The notes under the pieces: model-generated | Told to the model about the DNA's origin: nothing | Database searches by the model: none | What the model saw: the letters and a program-made list of their open reading frames with translations, nothing else | In this document: piece by piece, positions 1 through 10,429 of the stretch | Layout: every line of letters begins with the position of its first letter | Position numbering within the stretch: the first letter of the stretch is position 1 | Translations under genes and position numbers: made by a program | NCBI GenBank assembly: GCA_021806135.1 | Contig: JAJZYB010000004.1 | Location: forward strand, 7,686-71,685 | Source of the DNA: Thermoplasmata archaeon | GTDB taxonomy: Archaea > Thermoplasmatota > Thermoplasmata > Lutacidiplasmatales > UBA184 | Reading direction: 5' to 3' | Length of the DNA: 64,000 bases

Positions 1-1951
1 CCCCGACGAGCCGGGCCACCGAGTGCTTCTCCATGTACTCGGACATGTCCACGCGCACCAGGGCCTTCGGGTCGTGGAAGAGGAACTCGGCCAGGCTCTG
101 GGCGAGGTAGGTCTTGCCCACGCCGGTGGGGCCGAGGAAGAGGAAGACCCCCATCGGCCGGTTGGGGTCCGCGAGGCCGCTGCGGGCGCGGCGGACCGCC
201 CGGGCCACCGCCGAAACGGCCTCGTCCTGCCCCACGACCTTCTGGCGCAATGTCTCCTCCATGGTGAGGAGCCGGTCCACCTCCCCCTGGAGCATCCGCG
301 CCACGGGCACCCCGCTCCAGCGGGAGACCACCTGCGCCACATCCTCCTGGTCCACCTCCTCCCGGAGGAGCTGCCCAGGCTGCCCGGGGGTCCCGCCGTG
401 GGTCTCCAGGGCCTTGCGCAGCTCCGGTATCCTCCCGTAGCGGAGCCGGGCGACCCGCTCCAGGTCCCCGGCCCGCTCGGCCTGCTGCTCCTCGGTGCGG
501 GCCACTTCTAGGTCCCGCCGGAGGCGGCGGACCTCCTCCACCTTCTCCTTCTCCCGTTTCCAGCGGGCCAGGAGCCCATCCTCCTGCTCCCTGAGGGTGG
601 CCAATTCCCGTTCCAGCCGGGAGAGGCGGTCGCGGCTGCCCGGGTCGTGCTCCTTCTTCAGGGAGACGCGTTCCACCTCCAACTGCCGGATCCGACGGGT
701 CAGCTGGTCGAGTTCCGGAGGACGGGAGTCCAGGGAGAGCCGGACCATGCTCGCCGCCTCGTCGATGGCGTCGATGGCCTTGTCCGGCAGGTGCCGGTCC
801 GGGATGTAGCGGGCGGTCAAGGTGGCCGCGGCCACGAGGGCCGCATCGTGGATGCGGACGCCATGATGGAGCTCATAGCGCTCCCGGAGCCCTCGGAGGA
901 TGGAGATGGTGTCCTCCACCGAGGGTTCCGCCACGACCACCGGCTGGAAGCGCCGCTCCAGGGCGGCGTCCTTCTCGATGTGCTTGCGGTACTCCTCGGT
1001 GGTGGTCGCCCCGATGCAGCGGAGCGTGCCCCTCGCCAACGCCGGCTTGAGCAGGTTGGAAGCGTCCATGGCCCCCCCTTCCACCGCCCCGGCGCCGACC
1101 AGCGTATGGATCTCGTCGATGAAGAGCACCACCTGCCCGTCGGAATGCTCCACCTCCTGGATCACCGCCTTGAGCCGTTCCTCGAACTCCCCCCGGAACT
1201 TCGCCCCGGCGAGGAGCGATCCCAGGTCCAGGGCCGCGACCCGCTTCTCCCGGAGCGACTCCGGCACGTCCCCCTGGACCACCCGCTGGGCAAGGCCCTC
1301 CACGATGGCGGTCTTCCCGACGCCCGGGTCCCCGATGAGGACCGGGTTGTTCTTGGTCCGGCGCGAAAGGATCTGGATCACCCGCCGGATCTCCTCGTCC
1401 CGGCCGATGACCGGATCGAGCTTCCGCTCCCGGGCCAGCGCGGTCAGGTCCCGGGAATACTTCGAGAGGGCTTTGAGCTCGGACTCATGGGACCGGCTCT
1501 CCACCCCGGCGTGCGCCGTCCGCAGGCCCTGCACCGTCCGGTCGAGCCGGTCGGGTTCGACCCCCGCCTCCTTGAGGAGCCCGCCGGCGGACGAAGCGTC
1601 CTCCACCAGTGCCTGCAGGAGCCGCTCCACCGAGACGTAGCGTTCCTTCGAGCGTTCCGCCCTGGTCTCCGCCGTCTCCAGGACCCGGGAGAGCTCGCGG
1701 GAGAGGTACTGTTCCGCCGGGGCCACGTGGTCCACGGTGGGAAGGGCACCGAGCCTCTCGTTCAGCCTTGCCCGGAGGGATCCCAGGTCGACCCCCATCC
1801 CTTGGAGGAGTTCGCTCGCCACGGACCGGTCCGGCAGAAGGGCGCTCAGCAGGTGAAGGGGCTCGACACCCTGTTGACGGCGTTCGAGGGCATCCGAGAA
1901 GGCCCGTTCCAGCGCGGCCCGGGCGGCGTCGGTGAGCCGGTCCAGGCGCAT
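1..1951 (-). CDS. clpB: ClpB/ClpA-type AAA+ chaperone (Hsp100), partial; the 3' end runs off the window edge
   Basis: The reverse complement of nt 1-160 translates to ...[48 protein letters not shown], the Walker A region of the second AAA domain. The reverse complement of 1951 downward gives [35 protein letters not shown], a Clp N-domain. Both lie in the same frame (coordinate mod 3 = 1). The listed + strand ORF 647..2050 is the antisense shadow of this gene. No stop falls inside the window, which is why the ORF track omits it. Confidence 0.75.
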   Translation of the reverse strand, partial: MRLDRLTDAARAALERAFSDALERRQQGVEPLHLLSALLPDRSVASELLQGMGVDLGSLRARLNERLGALPTVDHVAPAEQYLSRELSRVLETAETRAERSKERYVSVERLLQALVEDASSAGGLLKEAGVEPDRLDRTVQGLRTAHAGVESRSHESELKALSKYSRDLTALARERKLDPVIGRDEEIRRVIQILSRRTKNNPVLIGDPGVGKTAIVEGLAQRVVQGDVPESLREKRVAALDLGSLLAGAKFRGEFEERLKAVIQEVEHSDGQVVLFIDEIHTLVGAGAVEGGAMDASNLLKPALARGTLRCIGATTTEEYRKHIEKDAALERRFQPVVVAEPSVEDTISILRGLRERYELHHGVRIHDAALVAAATLTARYIPDRHLPDKAIDAIDEAASMVRLSLDSRPPELDQLTRRIRQLEVERVSLKKEHDPGSRDRLSRLERELATLREQEDGLLARWKREKEKVEEVRRLRRDLEVARTEEQQAERAGDLERVARLRYGRIPELRKALETHGGTPGQPGQLLREEVDQEDVAQVVSRWSGVPVARMLQGEVDRLLTMEETLRQKVVGQDEAVSAVARAVRRARSGLADPNRPMGVFLFLGPTGVGKTYLAQSLAEFLFHDPKALVRVDMSEYMEKHSVARLVG

Positions 1952-1972
1952 GGCCACGGCGAAGACTGTCTC

Positions 1973-1986
1973 AACGTATATGTAGG
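1973..1986. promoter_or_regulatory. AT-rich TATA-like element (aacgtatatgtagg) between divergent clpB and pyrD; possible bidirectional promoter
   Basis: This is the only AT-rich patch in the 55-bp divergent intergenic region. It lies about 20-35 bp from both start codons. Confidence 0.3.
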
Positions 1987-2006
1987 CTCTCCGGCTGAAA
2001 CGCATC

Positions 2007-2921
2007 GTGGCCGAGGGGTCCTACCGGCTGGGGAGCCTGACCCTCCGTAACCCCGTCCTCCTGGCCTCCGGGATCTGGGGCGAGAGCGGCCGCTCCATGG
2101 CCGAAGCCTACCGGGCGGGGGCCGGGGCGGTGGTCTCGAAGTCCATCGGGACCCTTCCCCGGGCCGGCTACCCGAACCCGACGGTCGAGGTCCTGGGACC
2201 CTGGGGGATGCTCAACGCCATGGGGCTTCCCAACCCGGGAATGGAGAGGTACCCGGAGGAGATCGCGGAGGCGAGGGCCCTTGGCACTCCCATCGTGGGG
2301 AGCCTCTTCGGGAAGGACGCGGACGAGTTCGCGTCGCTGGCCCGATCCATGGCGAGGACCGGGGTGGTGGCCCTGGAGCTGAACCTTTCCTGCCCTCACG
2401 CCAAGGGATACGGAAGCGAACTGGGGCAGGACCCGGAGGCGGTAAGGGAAGTGGTCCGGGCCGTCAAGGGCGCCGTGTCCTTGCCGGTCTGGGCGAAGAT
2501 CACCCCGAACACCCACGACCCGGCGGGACTGGCGGAGGCGGCGGAATCCGCCGGCGCGGACGCCATCACGGCGATCAACACCGTACGAGCCTTGGCCATC
2601 GACCCCACCCTCGCCCGCCCCGTGCTCGCGCACGGTACGGGGGGACTCAGCGGACCGGCGCTCAAGCCGATCGGGCTGGCTTGCGTCTGGTCCATCTTCG
2701 ATCGGGTGAGGATCCCGATCGTCGGGGTGGGCGGGATCGCCACGGGCGACGACGCCTATGAATACGTCCTGGCCGGCGCCCGGGCCATCGAGGTGGGCAC
2801 GGCCGTCTCCACCCACGGGGTCTCGGTGCTCGGTTCTGTGGCCCGGGGACTGGAGGAGCAGGTGCGACGAGGGGGCTTCCCGGACCTGGACCACGCCGTG
2901 GGGGCTGCGCACCCGCGCTAG
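2007..2921 (+). CDS. pyrD: dihydroorotate dehydrogenase catalytic subunit (class 1B PyrD)
   Basis: [18 protein letters not shown]..., [11 protein letters not shown] and AITAINT are typical of class 1 DHODH. Confidence 0.9.
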   Translation: MAEGSYRLGSLTLRNPVLLASGIWGESGRSMAEAYRAGAGAVVSKSIGTLPRAGYPNPTVEVLGPWGMLNAMGLPNPGMERYPEEIAEARALGTPIVGSLFGKDADEFASLARSMARTGVVALELNLSCPHAKGYGSELGQDPEAVREVVRAVKGAVSLPVWAKITPNTHDPAGLAEAAESAGADAITAINTVRALAIDPTLARPVLAHGTGGLSGPALKPIGLACVWSIFDRVRIPIVGVGGIATGDDAYEYVLAGARAIEVGTAVSTHGVSVLGSVARGLEEQVRRGGFPDLDHAVGAAHPR

Positions 2922-3170
2922 GAGGACCCCTCGGGGCGGGGGTCTCCGTCCGTCCGGAGGGGAAGGGCATCCGTCCCTCCCAAGAAGGTACGCCCCGCCC
3001 GGCAGAGGCAACCGCAACCTAGGCAGCGTTCCTGGAGGGCCAGGGGAAGGTCGTGCGCCGACCGCGCGCAGGCGGACAGGCCCGGATGGCCACAGATCGG
3101 GCACGGGTGGGCCGGGCGCATGAGGAAGCCGGAACCCCCCCGCCGGATAAGCCTTGATGGAGGGCCTGAA

Positions 3171-3184
3171 GGCTTTACAAAAGC
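3171..3184 (+). promoter_or_regulatory. BRE/TATA-like element ggctttacaaaagc about 20-30 bp upstream of the pyrK GTG start
   Basis: It matches the recurring RGGCTTTAWA motif seen upstream of many genes in this window. Confidence 0.35.
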
Positions 3185-3202
3185 CCGTCCCTGCCGGGGC
3201 TC

Positions 3203-3982
3203 GTGCGGGTGGTGGTCCCGGTCTCGGAGGTGGTCCCGGAGACCCCGACCACGGTGACGCTCACCTTCCCCTATCCCCCTGCCGCGGAACCGGGACAGTT
3301 CGTGATGGTCTGGCTCCCCGGGCAGGACGAGCTTCCCATGTCCCTCTCCCGGACCGATGGCCCGGTGAAGGGAGTGACCATCAAGGCCATGGGGGAGACC
3401 ACCCGCAGCGCGCTCTCCCTTTCCCCGGGCACGCGGATCGGGATCCGGGGCCCCTATGGCCGGCCCTTCGACCTCTCCCCCCGACGGGTGCTGGTCGTGG
3501 GCGGGGGTTCGGGGACCGCCGTCCTGGCCCCGGCCGTGGAGGCGGCCCGCCGCCGGGGCAACGCGGTCACGGTGGCGCTGGGGGCGACCCGGGCGGAGGA
3601 GTTGCTCTTCCTCCATCGGCTCTCCTCGGTGGAGGGGGCGGCCGTCCACGTGGCCACGGACGATGGGTCGGCCGGAGAACGTGGTTTCGTCACCGTCCTG
3701 GCGGACCGGCTCCTGGAGGAGGGGTCCTTCGATGCCCTCTGGACGTGCGGTCCGGAGCGCATGATGGAGAAACTGCGCTTGAGCGCCCGCACCCGGGCCG
3801 TGCCCTTCTTCGCCTCAGTGGAGCGGCAGATGAAGTGCTCCTTGGGCCTCTGCGATGCCTGCGCCTTCGGGCCCTTCCACGTGTGCACCGACGGACCGGT
3901 CTTTTCGGAGCAACAGCTCGCGGAGGTCCCGGATTTCGGTAGGTTCAAACGGGACGCCAGCGGGTCCCGGGTCCCTCCCTGA
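3203..3982 (+). CDS. pyrK: dihydroorotate dehydrogenase electron-transfer subunit (PyrK, FAD/[2Fe-2S])
   Basis: It has an FAD/NAD-binding fold (GQFVMVWLPG, RVLVVGGGSGTAVLAP). The C-terminal cysteine cluster CSLGLCDACAFGPFHVC is typical of PyrK. The start is GTG. Confidence 0.85.
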   Translation: MRVVVPVSEVVPETPTTVTLTFPYPPAAEPGQFVMVWLPGQDELPMSLSRTDGPVKGVTIKAMGETTRSALSLSPGTRIGIRGPYGRPFDLSPRRVLVVGGGSGTAVLAPAVEAARRRGNAVTVALGATRAEELLFLHRLSSVEGAAVHVATDDGSAGERGFVTVLADRLLEEGSFDALWTCGPERMMEKLRLSARTRAVPFFASVERQMKCSLGLCDACAFGPFHVCTDGPVFSEQQLAEVPDFGRFKRDASGSRVPP

Positions 3983-4074
3983 GGGACCCTGAGGAGAGGG
4001 GCGGCGACGCCGCAGGCCCCTCGGGCGGCCCAAGGTTTTATCGTCCGGCGGGTCAGGCAGGGTCTGGGTTCTCC

Positions 4075-5733
4075 ATGCGCTACGTGGTGGTCACGGGAGG
4101 GGTCATTTCCGGTCTCGGAAAGGGCATCACCACGTCTTCCATCGCCCGGATCCTCAAGGCCCGGGGAGTCCCGCTCACGGTGGTCAAGATCGACCCCTAC
4201 CTCAACGTGGACGCCGGGACCATGAACCCGTACCAGCACGGGGAGGTCTTCGTCCTGGACGACGGCACGGAAGTGGACCTGGACCTGGGCAATTACGAGC
4301 GGTTCCTGGGGGAAAGCCTTCCCGGCAACCACAACCTGACCACGGGCAAGGTGTACCGCACGGTCATCGAGAAGGAACGCCGGGGGGATTACCTCGGGAA
4401 CACCGTCCAGATCATCCCCCACGTCACCGGCGAGGTCAAGCACATGCTGAGGGAAGCGGCGCAGCACGCCCAGGCCGAGCTCACCTTGGTCGAGGTGGGC
4501 GGCACCGTGGGCGACATCGAGTCCATGCCCTTCCTCGAAGCGCTCCGCGAACTCCAGCAGGAGGTGGGAGGGCGTGATCACATGGCCTTCGTCCATACCA
4601 CCCTCGTCCCGGTGGTGGGGGCCGTGGGAGAGGCGAAGACCAAACCCACCCAGCACTCGGTCCGGGAGCTCCGGTCACTGGGCATCCAGCCGGACATGAT
4701 CGTGGCCCGGGGACCCGCCGCCCTGACCCCGGACCTCAGGGCCAAGATCTCCCTGTTCTGCGATGTCCCTCCCGAGGCCGTCATCGCCGTGCCCGACCTA
4801 CCCACGGTCTACCAGGTGCCACTCCACCTGGAGTCCCAGGGAGTGGGAGACTACCTGGTCAAACGCCTGGGGATCAAGGCGCTGCCGGGGGACTGGACCT
4901 CATGGCAGCGGTTCCTGGAGGTGTACGCCCACCCCCAGAGCGAGGTCACCGTGGGCGTGGTCGGGAAGTACGTGCAGCTCAAGGACGCCTACCTCTCCCA
5001 TATCGAGGCCTTCCACCACTGCCAGGGTGCGCTCGGGGTGGGGGTCCGCCTCCGCTGGTTCGATTCGGAGGACCTCCTCCGTCTCCCCGGGGAACGCCAG
5101 GCGCTGGAGGCGGTGGACGCGGTCCTGGTCCCGGGAGGGTACGGGACCCGGGGCGTGGAAGGGAAGATCCTCGCCGCAGAGATCGCCCGGACCCGGGGCA
5201 TCCCCTTCCTCGGGATCTGCCTTGGCTTCCAGCTGGCCACGGTGGAGGCGGTCCGCCACCTGTTGAACCACCCTGAGGCCAACTCCACGGAGTTCGAATC
5301 CGCCACCCCGCACCCGGCCATCACCCTTTTGGACAGCCAGGCGGGCCAAGCCCACTTGGGGGGGACCCAACGGTTGGGGGCCCAGACCGTGGAGGTGGTG
5401 GAAGGGTCTGTGCTGAACCGGCTCTATGGACGGACCAAGATCTCCGAGCGGCACCGGCACCGCTACGAAGTGAACCCGGCGTACGTGGACGACCTCTCCC
5501 GGCAGGGGTTCGTGGTGAACGCCCGGAGCGCGGACGGACGGGTGGAGGGGTTCGAGCTCACCACCCATCCCTTCTACCTGGGCGTGCAGTACCATCCCGA
5601 GTTCCTCTCCCGCCCGCAGAGCCCCCATGTCCTGTTCCTGGGACTGGTCCGTGCGGGCCACGTGCGCCGGCAGGGGATCGCCGTACCCAAGGAGGAAGCT
5701 TCGCATGTCGCAACCCCGTCGGCTGTCGCGTGA
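4075..5733 (+). CDS. pyrG: CTP synthase
   Basis: The N-terminus MRYVVVTGGVISGLGKGITTSSIARILKARG... and the GATase domain (GICLGFQLA) identify it. A TATA-like aaggttttatcg sits at 4032-4043. Confidence 0.95.
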   Translation: MRYVVVTGGVISGLGKGITTSSIARILKARGVPLTVVKIDPYLNVDAGTMNPYQHGEVFVLDDGTEVDLDLGNYERFLGESLPGNHNLTTGKVYRTVIEKERRGDYLGNTVQIIPHVTGEVKHMLREAAQHAQAELTLVEVGGTVGDIESMPFLEALRELQQEVGGRDHMAFVHTTLVPVVGAVGEAKTKPTQHSVRELRSLGIQPDMIVARGPAALTPDLRAKISLFCDVPPEAVIAVPDLPTVYQVPLHLESQGVGDYLVKRLGIKALPGDWTSWQRFLEVYAHPQSEVTVGVVGKYVQLKDAYLSHIEAFHHCQGALGVGVRLRWFDSEDLLRLPGERQALEAVDAVLVPGGYGTRGVEGKILAAEIARTRGIPFLGICLGFQLATVEAVRHLLNHPEANSTEFESATPHPAITLLDSQAGQAHLGGTQRLGAQTVEVVEGSVLNRLYGRTKISERHRHRYEVNPAYVDDLSRQGFVVNARSADGRVEGFELTTHPFYLGVQYHPEFLSRPQSPHVLFLGLVRAGHVRRQGIAVPKEEASHVATPSAVA

Positions 5734-7027
5734 ACTGCCGGGCCTCGTCGGCCAGGAAGTGCGGGTGGCCGGCCACCTGCAGGACTACCGCGCGCTAGGC
5801 GGGGTGGCGTTCGCGCTCCTGAGGGACCGCGGGGGGCTTCTGCAGGTGACCTTGAAGAAGGGGGAGACCGACCCGGCGATCTTCACCCTGTTCTCCTCCC
5901 TGGCCCGGGAGAGCGTGGTGGAGGCCGAAGGGGTCGTCGCGGCAAACCCCCGGGCCCGGGTCGGCGCGGAGGTCCTCCCCCGCCAGGCCCGACTGCTGAA
6001 CCCCGCGGCCGCTCCCCTCCCTCTCGGGGTGGCGGACCGGGTCGGGGTGGAGCTGGACACCCGGTTCAACCACCGGGTCCTGGACCTGCGCAAACCGGAG
6101 AACCAGCTGGTGGTGGAGTTCCGGGCGGAGACCCTCAAAGCGGTACGGAGCGCCTTTGGAACGCTAGGGTTCCTGGAGGTGGAGACCCCGAAGATCCTCC
6201 GCCAGGGGGCTGAAGGAGGGGCCACGCTCTTCCGGCTGGACTACTTCGGGGAGCCCGCCTACCTGGCCCAGAGCCCGCAACTCTACAAGCAGATGCTCAT
6301 GGCCACCGAGCTCGAGCGGATCTTCGAGATCGCTCCCGCCTTCCGGGCCGAGCCCTCGGACACGACCCGGCATGTGACGGAGTTCACCAGCATCGACGCG
6401 GAGATGGCGTACGTGGAGGAGCCGGAGGAGCTCATCTCCACCGTGGAGGCTTTGGTCGCGGGGATGCTGACGGAGCTCCGGGACGGGCTCAAGGCAAGGA
6501 AGCATCCGCTCGCTGACGACCTCCCCACCCCTTCGCGTCCCTTCCCCCGCCTGCCCTTCTCCGAGGCAGCTCAATGGCTCGGGCGCTCCCCGGGGGACCC
6601 GGGTGCGGAGGCGGACCTATCCCCCGAGGACGAGCGCCAGTTGGGGGAGCTCATGCAGGAAAGGAAGGGGGCGGAGTTCTACTTCCTGACCGAGTTCCCC
6701 ACCTCCCTGAAACGCGGGACGTTCTATGCCCAGCGCCAGGAGAGCCATCCGGAACGGACCTACTACTTTGATCTGGAGTTCCGGGGCCAGGAGATGCTCT
6801 CCGGGGGGCTCCGCGAACACCGGTTGGACCGGCTGGAGGATCAGATTCGGGAGGCCGGGCTCGATCCCGGTAAGTTCGGGGCCTACTTGGAGGCCTTCCG
6901 CTACGGCATGCCCCCGCATGGGGGGTTCGCCCTGGGGTTGGACCGGCTGGTGGGCCGCCTCGCCCACCTGACCAATGTCCGCGAGGCCCGGCTCTTCCCC
7001 CGGGACCGGTACCGGCTGGAGCCGTAG
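5705..7027 (+). CDS. aspS: aspartyl-tRNA synthetase, archaeal/eukaryal type (class IIb)
   Basis: It has an OB anticodon-binding domain (GQEVRVAGHLQDYRALGGVAFALLRD) and class II motifs (FRAEPSDTTRHVTEFTSIDAEMAY, GGFALGLDRLV). The ATG at 5705 is in frame with the track ORF 5627 and overlaps the pyrG 3' end by about 29 nt. Confidence 0.9.
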   Translation: MSQPRRLSRELPGLVGQEVRVAGHLQDYRALGGVAFALLRDRGGLLQVTLKKGETDPAIFTLFSSLARESVVEAEGVVAANPRARVGAEVLPRQARLLNPAAAPLPLGVADRVGVELDTRFNHRVLDLRKPENQLVVEFRAETLKAVRSAFGTLGFLEVETPKILRQGAEGGATLFRLDYFGEPAYLAQSPQLYKQMLMATELERIFEIAPAFRAEPSDTTRHVTEFTSIDAEMAYVEEPEELISTVEALVAGMLTELRDGLKARKHPLADDLPTPSRPFPRLPFSEAAQWLGRSPGDPGAEADLSPEDERQLGELMQERKGAEFYFLTEFPTSLKRGTFYAQRQESHPERTYYFDLEFRGQEMLSGGLREHRLDRLEDQIREAGLDPGKFGAYLEAFRYGMPPHGGFALGLDRLVGRLAHLTNVREARLFPRDRYRLEP

Positions 7028-7039
7028 GAGGCGAGGAAC

Positions 7040-9184
7040 GTGGCCCTGGTCCCCCCGGTGGTGCTCGCCCCGCCGGAGCTGACGCTCCGGTGGCGGACCT
7101 TCCTGGAGGAGAGCCCGTACCGGGCGCAGCTCAAACGGGTGGCGGACGCCTACCCCCAGGAGCGCTCCCTCACGGTGGAGTTCTCCGAGCTGGACCGGCG
7201 CGACACGGCCCTGGCGGACCAGCTCCTCCAGCGGCCGGAGCCGGTCCTTACGGCCGGCCAACGGGCGCTCGAGGAAATGCTGCCGGGGGCGTTGAACCTC
7301 CCGGGCCCGATCCACCTGAGGGTGGAACACCTTCCCCCCCACGAGCGGGTGGCCATCCATCGCCTCCGGCAGAACCACCTGCGCCGTTTCCTGTCGGTCG
7401 ATGGGATCGTCCGGCGGGTCAGCCAGGTGCTTCCGCAGATCACCGAGGCGGTCTATGAGTGCTCCGCCTGCCATACCCACCTGCGCTGGCCCCAGGAGGA
7501 GACGAGCCCGGTGGTGGAGGCTCCCCCCGGCTGTGATGAGGACCAGGGGGGGTGCGGGAAACCCGCCGGCCGGGTCCGGTTCCGCCTCTTGGAGGACGAG
7601 AGTCGGACGGTGGACTACCAGCGCCTGGAACTCCAGGAGAACCCGGAGACCCTGCGGGGGGGGGCCCATCCCGAAGGCCTCACGGTGATCCTTCTCGACG
7701 ACCTGGTCGGACAGATCGTCCCCGGGACCCGGATGGTGGCGAACGGCGTGCTGAAAGGGGTCCCCCGGCCCGCCGGTTCCCGGGGGTCCAACGCCACCTC
7801 CAACGTCTTCGACACCGTCTTCCTGGCCAACTCGCTCGAACGGCTGGACCGGGAGTACCTGGAGATCGAGATCAGCGAGGAGGAACGCAAGGCCATCGAG
7901 GCCTACCGGGGCGACCCCAGCGTCTTCCCCCGGATCGTGGCCTCCCTCGCCCCCAGCGTCGCAGGGATGGAGCCGGAGAAGCAGGCGATCGCCCTCCAGC
8001 TCTTCGGGGGCGTGCACAAGGACCTCCCCGACGGGATGCGGGTACGGGGAGACGTCCACATCCTCATGGTGGGGGACCCGGGGGTCGCGAAGAGCCAGCT
8101 CCTGCGCTACGTGGCGGAGACCGCCCCCCGGGGGGTCTACACCAGCGGCAAGGGGGCCACGGCGGCGGGGCTCACGGCCGCCGCGGTCCGGGACGACTTC
8201 GCCGGGGGGCGCTGGGTGCTGGAGGCAGGGGCCATGGTCCTCGCGGATGGGGGCATGCTCTGCATCGACGAGATGGACAAGATGTCCGAGGGGGACCGGG
8301 CCAGCATGCACGAGGCCATGGAGCAGCAGACGGTCTCGGTGGCCAAGGCCGGGATCACCGTGACGCTGCGGGCCCGCTGTCCGGTGCTGGCGGCCGCCAA
8401 TCCCAAGCTGGGGCGGTTCACCCCCGGGGAGGAGCCCCAGCGGGAGCTGAACCTCCCTCCCACGCTCCTGTCCCGCTTCGACCTCATCCTCATCATCCTG
8501 GACGTCCCGGACGCCGAGCGCGACCAGCATCTGGCCGAGGCGATCCTCGCCCAGCATCAACGGGCCGAGGGACGCGAGGCGAGCCGGCACCGGGGAGCCA
8601 ACCCCGCCTCCGGGCTGGGTTCGGGCCTCTTCTCCCAGGACTTCCTGAGGAAGTACGTGGCCTACGCCAAACAACGGGTCTTCCCGACGATGGACCAGGA
8701 GGCGTACGAACGGCTGAAGGACTACTATACCGGCATGCGACGCCTGGCGGTCCGCCAGAGCGAGGGCGAGGCGGCCCGGCCCATCCCTGTGACGCCCCGG
8801 CAGCTCGAGGCCCTGATCCGGCTCACGGAGGCCTCGGCCCGGTCCCGGCTCTCCGCCATGGCGACCCGGGAGGACGCGGACCGGGCCGTGTCGGTGGTGG
8901 ACCACTTCCTGCGTCGGGTGGCGACGGTGGAGGGCGGGCAGCTGGACATCGACACCATCTACACGGGGGTGAGCTCCGGCCACCGGGACCGGCTGGTCCG
9001 GGTCCGTCGGTTGCTGACCGGGCTCCAGAGCGCGAACCCCCAGGGCTTCAGTTTGACCCAGGTGAGCCAGGCCGCGCGGGAGCACGACCTGTCGGAGGCC
9101 GAGGTGGAGCGCCTGGTGGGGGAGCTGGAGCGTCTCAACGAGGTGTACAGTCCCCGGCCCGGCGTCTACAAGATGGCCCACTAG
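7040..9184 (+). CDS. mcm: MCM replicative helicase
   Basis: It has a C4 zinc finger (CSACHTH...CDEDQGGCG), Walker A (ILMVGDPGVAKSQLL), Walker B (MLCIDEMDKM) and an arginine finger region (SRFDLILIILD). Length is 714 aa. Confidence 0.95.
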   Translation: MALVPPVVLAPPELTLRWRTFLEESPYRAQLKRVADAYPQERSLTVEFSELDRRDTALADQLLQRPEPVLTAGQRALEEMLPGALNLPGPIHLRVEHLPPHERVAIHRLRQNHLRRFLSVDGIVRRVSQVLPQITEAVYECSACHTHLRWPQEETSPVVEAPPGCDEDQGGCGKPAGRVRFRLLEDESRTVDYQRLELQENPETLRGGAHPEGLTVILLDDLVGQIVPGTRMVANGVLKGVPRPAGSRGSNATSNVFDTVFLANSLERLDREYLEIEISEEERKAIEAYRGDPSVFPRIVASLAPSVAGMEPEKQAIALQLFGGVHKDLPDGMRVRGDVHILMVGDPGVAKSQLLRYVAETAPRGVYTSGKGATAAGLTAAAVRDDFAGGRWVLEAGAMVLADGGMLCIDEMDKMSEGDRASMHEAMEQQTVSVAKAGITVTLRARCPVLAAANPKLGRFTPGEEPQRELNLPPTLLSRFDLILIILDVPDAERDQHLAEAILAQHQRAEGREASRHRGANPASGLGSGLFSQDFLRKYVAYAKQRVFPTMDQEAYERLKDYYTGMRRLAVRQSEGEAARPIPVTPRQLEALIRLTEASARSRLSAMATREDADRAVSVVDHFLRRVATVEGGQLDIDTIYTGVSSGHRDRLVRVRRLLTGLQSANPQGFSLTQVSQAAREHDLSEAEVERLVGELERLNEVYSPRPGVYKMAH

Positions 9185-9303
9185 GGTGACGGACCGGCGC
9201 GGCCCCTTTCGCCCAGCGCTCCGCCGACCGCCGCACCGCGGAGTGCGGAGGGACACGGGTCCGCGCCCCTTCCATCGTCAGCCCCGACCAAGGACGGGGG
9301 GCG

Positions 9304-9888
9304 ATGGAACCCTGGCTCATCGCCCTGGCCACTCGCCGGCGGGTGGGACGCGTGGTGGCCCCGGTCCTGCAGGTGGTGGCCTCCTCTCCGGTCCCGACGT
9401 ACTTCCCGTGGGTCTTCGACGCGACCTTCTCCTTCCTGAGGGCGCCCCTCCTCTGGGGGGATGCCGAGGTCGCCATTCTCGTCCAGACCTTCCGGAACGG
9501 CTTCCACCATCCCTTCCTCGACCTCTGGAGCGGCGTCCAGACGATCCCCGCCGAGTTCTGGGAAGGGATGGACCACCACGAACCGGGCCCTTCACCCGGA
9601 TGCGCCGGGTCGTCCTGCCGGCCCCCTTCTCCCTACATTCTCCCCGGCACTTCCAGCCCGATGAACCGCCGCTGGACGGGGCTCGAGGTCCAGGAGTTCT
9701 GGCCTCAGCACCATCGGCGGGAGTCACCACCTCGTTGGGGGGTGGGAATGATGCAGTACATTGGACGGAACCTCGCCCTGGGCAACGTGGCGAACGCGGC
9801 CTGGGTATCGCTCCTCATCGGGATGGTGGTGCCGGTCTACGGACTGCGCTTCACCCGGAACCTCGTGGACCTCGTCCGCCGGACGTAG
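9304..9888 (+). CDS. hypothetical protein with a C-terminal predicted TM helix
   Basis: GC3 is very high in this frame over the whole ORF, while the opposite-strand ORF 9181..9579 looks like low-complexity junk. I recognise no motif. The C-terminus AAWVSLLIGMVVPVYGL is hydrophobic. Confidence 0.45.
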   Translation: MEPWLIALATRRRVGRVVAPVLQVVASSPVPTYFPWVFDATFSFLRAPLLWGDAEVAILVQTFRNGFHHPFLDLWSGVQTIPAEFWEGMDHHEPGPSPGCAGSSCRPPSPYILPGTSSPMNRRWTGLEVQEFWPQHHRRESPPRWGVGMMQYIGRNLALGNVANAAWVSLLIGMVVPVYGLRFTRNLVDLVRRT

Positions 9889-10013
9889 GGGGTGGAGGAA
9901 GGGGTCTACGCCACCTGAGCGCCTCCCAGGACCAGGGCGTCGGCAGCGAACCCACGCAGGAAGGGTTTTTCCCCACCGGGCCGGTGGCCCGCCCTCCCCG
10001 GGAGGAAGTCCCC

Positions 10014-10370
10014 ATGACGAACGGTGCGGAGAGCGAGGCCCAGTCCCCCGTCCCCGGGAGCCGGGGTCCGGGGCAGGTGGTTCTCCGGGTCCACCGGGTC
10101 CGGGGGGAGGTGGTGGTGGCGGCCTGCGACGCCGAACTGGTGGAGACCGAGGTGAAGCTCGGGCAACGGGCGATCAAGATCTCCTCCTCCTTCTATGGGG
10201 TCACGGCGGTCTCGGCGGAGGAGTTCCTGCGGGAGGTCCGCCGGGGGACCATCGTGAACCTGCTGGGACCCCGGGCCGTGTCGTGGGCCGAGTCCGCCGG
10301 GCTCATCGCCCCCGGAGGGACGGGGACCCTGGGGGGGATCCCCCACGCCGAGATCGTGCAGATGCCTTGA
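10014..10370 (+). CDS. small conserved archaeal protein, DUF424-like (about 118 aa)
   Basis: The ATG at 10014 is preceded by the SD-like GGGAGGAAG 5 nt upstream. The sequence MTNGAESE...VVLRVHRVRGEVVVAACDAELVETEVKLGQRAIKISSSFYG... resembles DUF424. Confidence 0.5.
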   Translation: MTNGAESEAQSPVPGSRGPGQVVLRVHRVRGEVVVAACDAELVETEVKLGQRAIKISSSFYGVTAVSAEEFLREVRRGTIVNLLGPRAVSWAESAGLIAPGGTGTLGGIPHAEIVQMP

Positions 10371-10429
10371 CGGTCGCCTCGGGCACCCTCATAAGCGAGC
10401 CCCTACCTCCACCGCCCGTGGACGCGGAG

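Noticed and set aside
647-2050. A 467-aa plus-strand ORF from the track
   Set aside because: It is the antisense shadow of the clpB gene. The minus strand in frame with 1951 gives clean ClpB N-domain and AAA motifs, and the plus-strand product is Arg/Pro/Gly low complexity.
3120-3185. Possible C/D-box sRNA (ATGAGGA ... TGATGGA gggc CTGA) in the pyrD-pyrK spacer
   Set aside because: Box spacing is wrong: the guide region between the second C-like box and the D box is only 4 nt. The first box is a poor match to RUGAUGA.
9181-9579. Minus-strand ORF overlapping the 9304..9888 hypothetical gene
   Set aside because: The plus frame has near-uniform G/C at third positions. The minus product is acidic and low complexity.
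9999-10016. GGGAGGAAGTCCCC resembles the RNase P RNA CR-I element (GAGGAAAGUCC)
   Set aside because: It lacks the conserved A and the downstream CGGGC. It sits exactly at Shine-Dalgarno distance from the ATG of a well-biased ORF.
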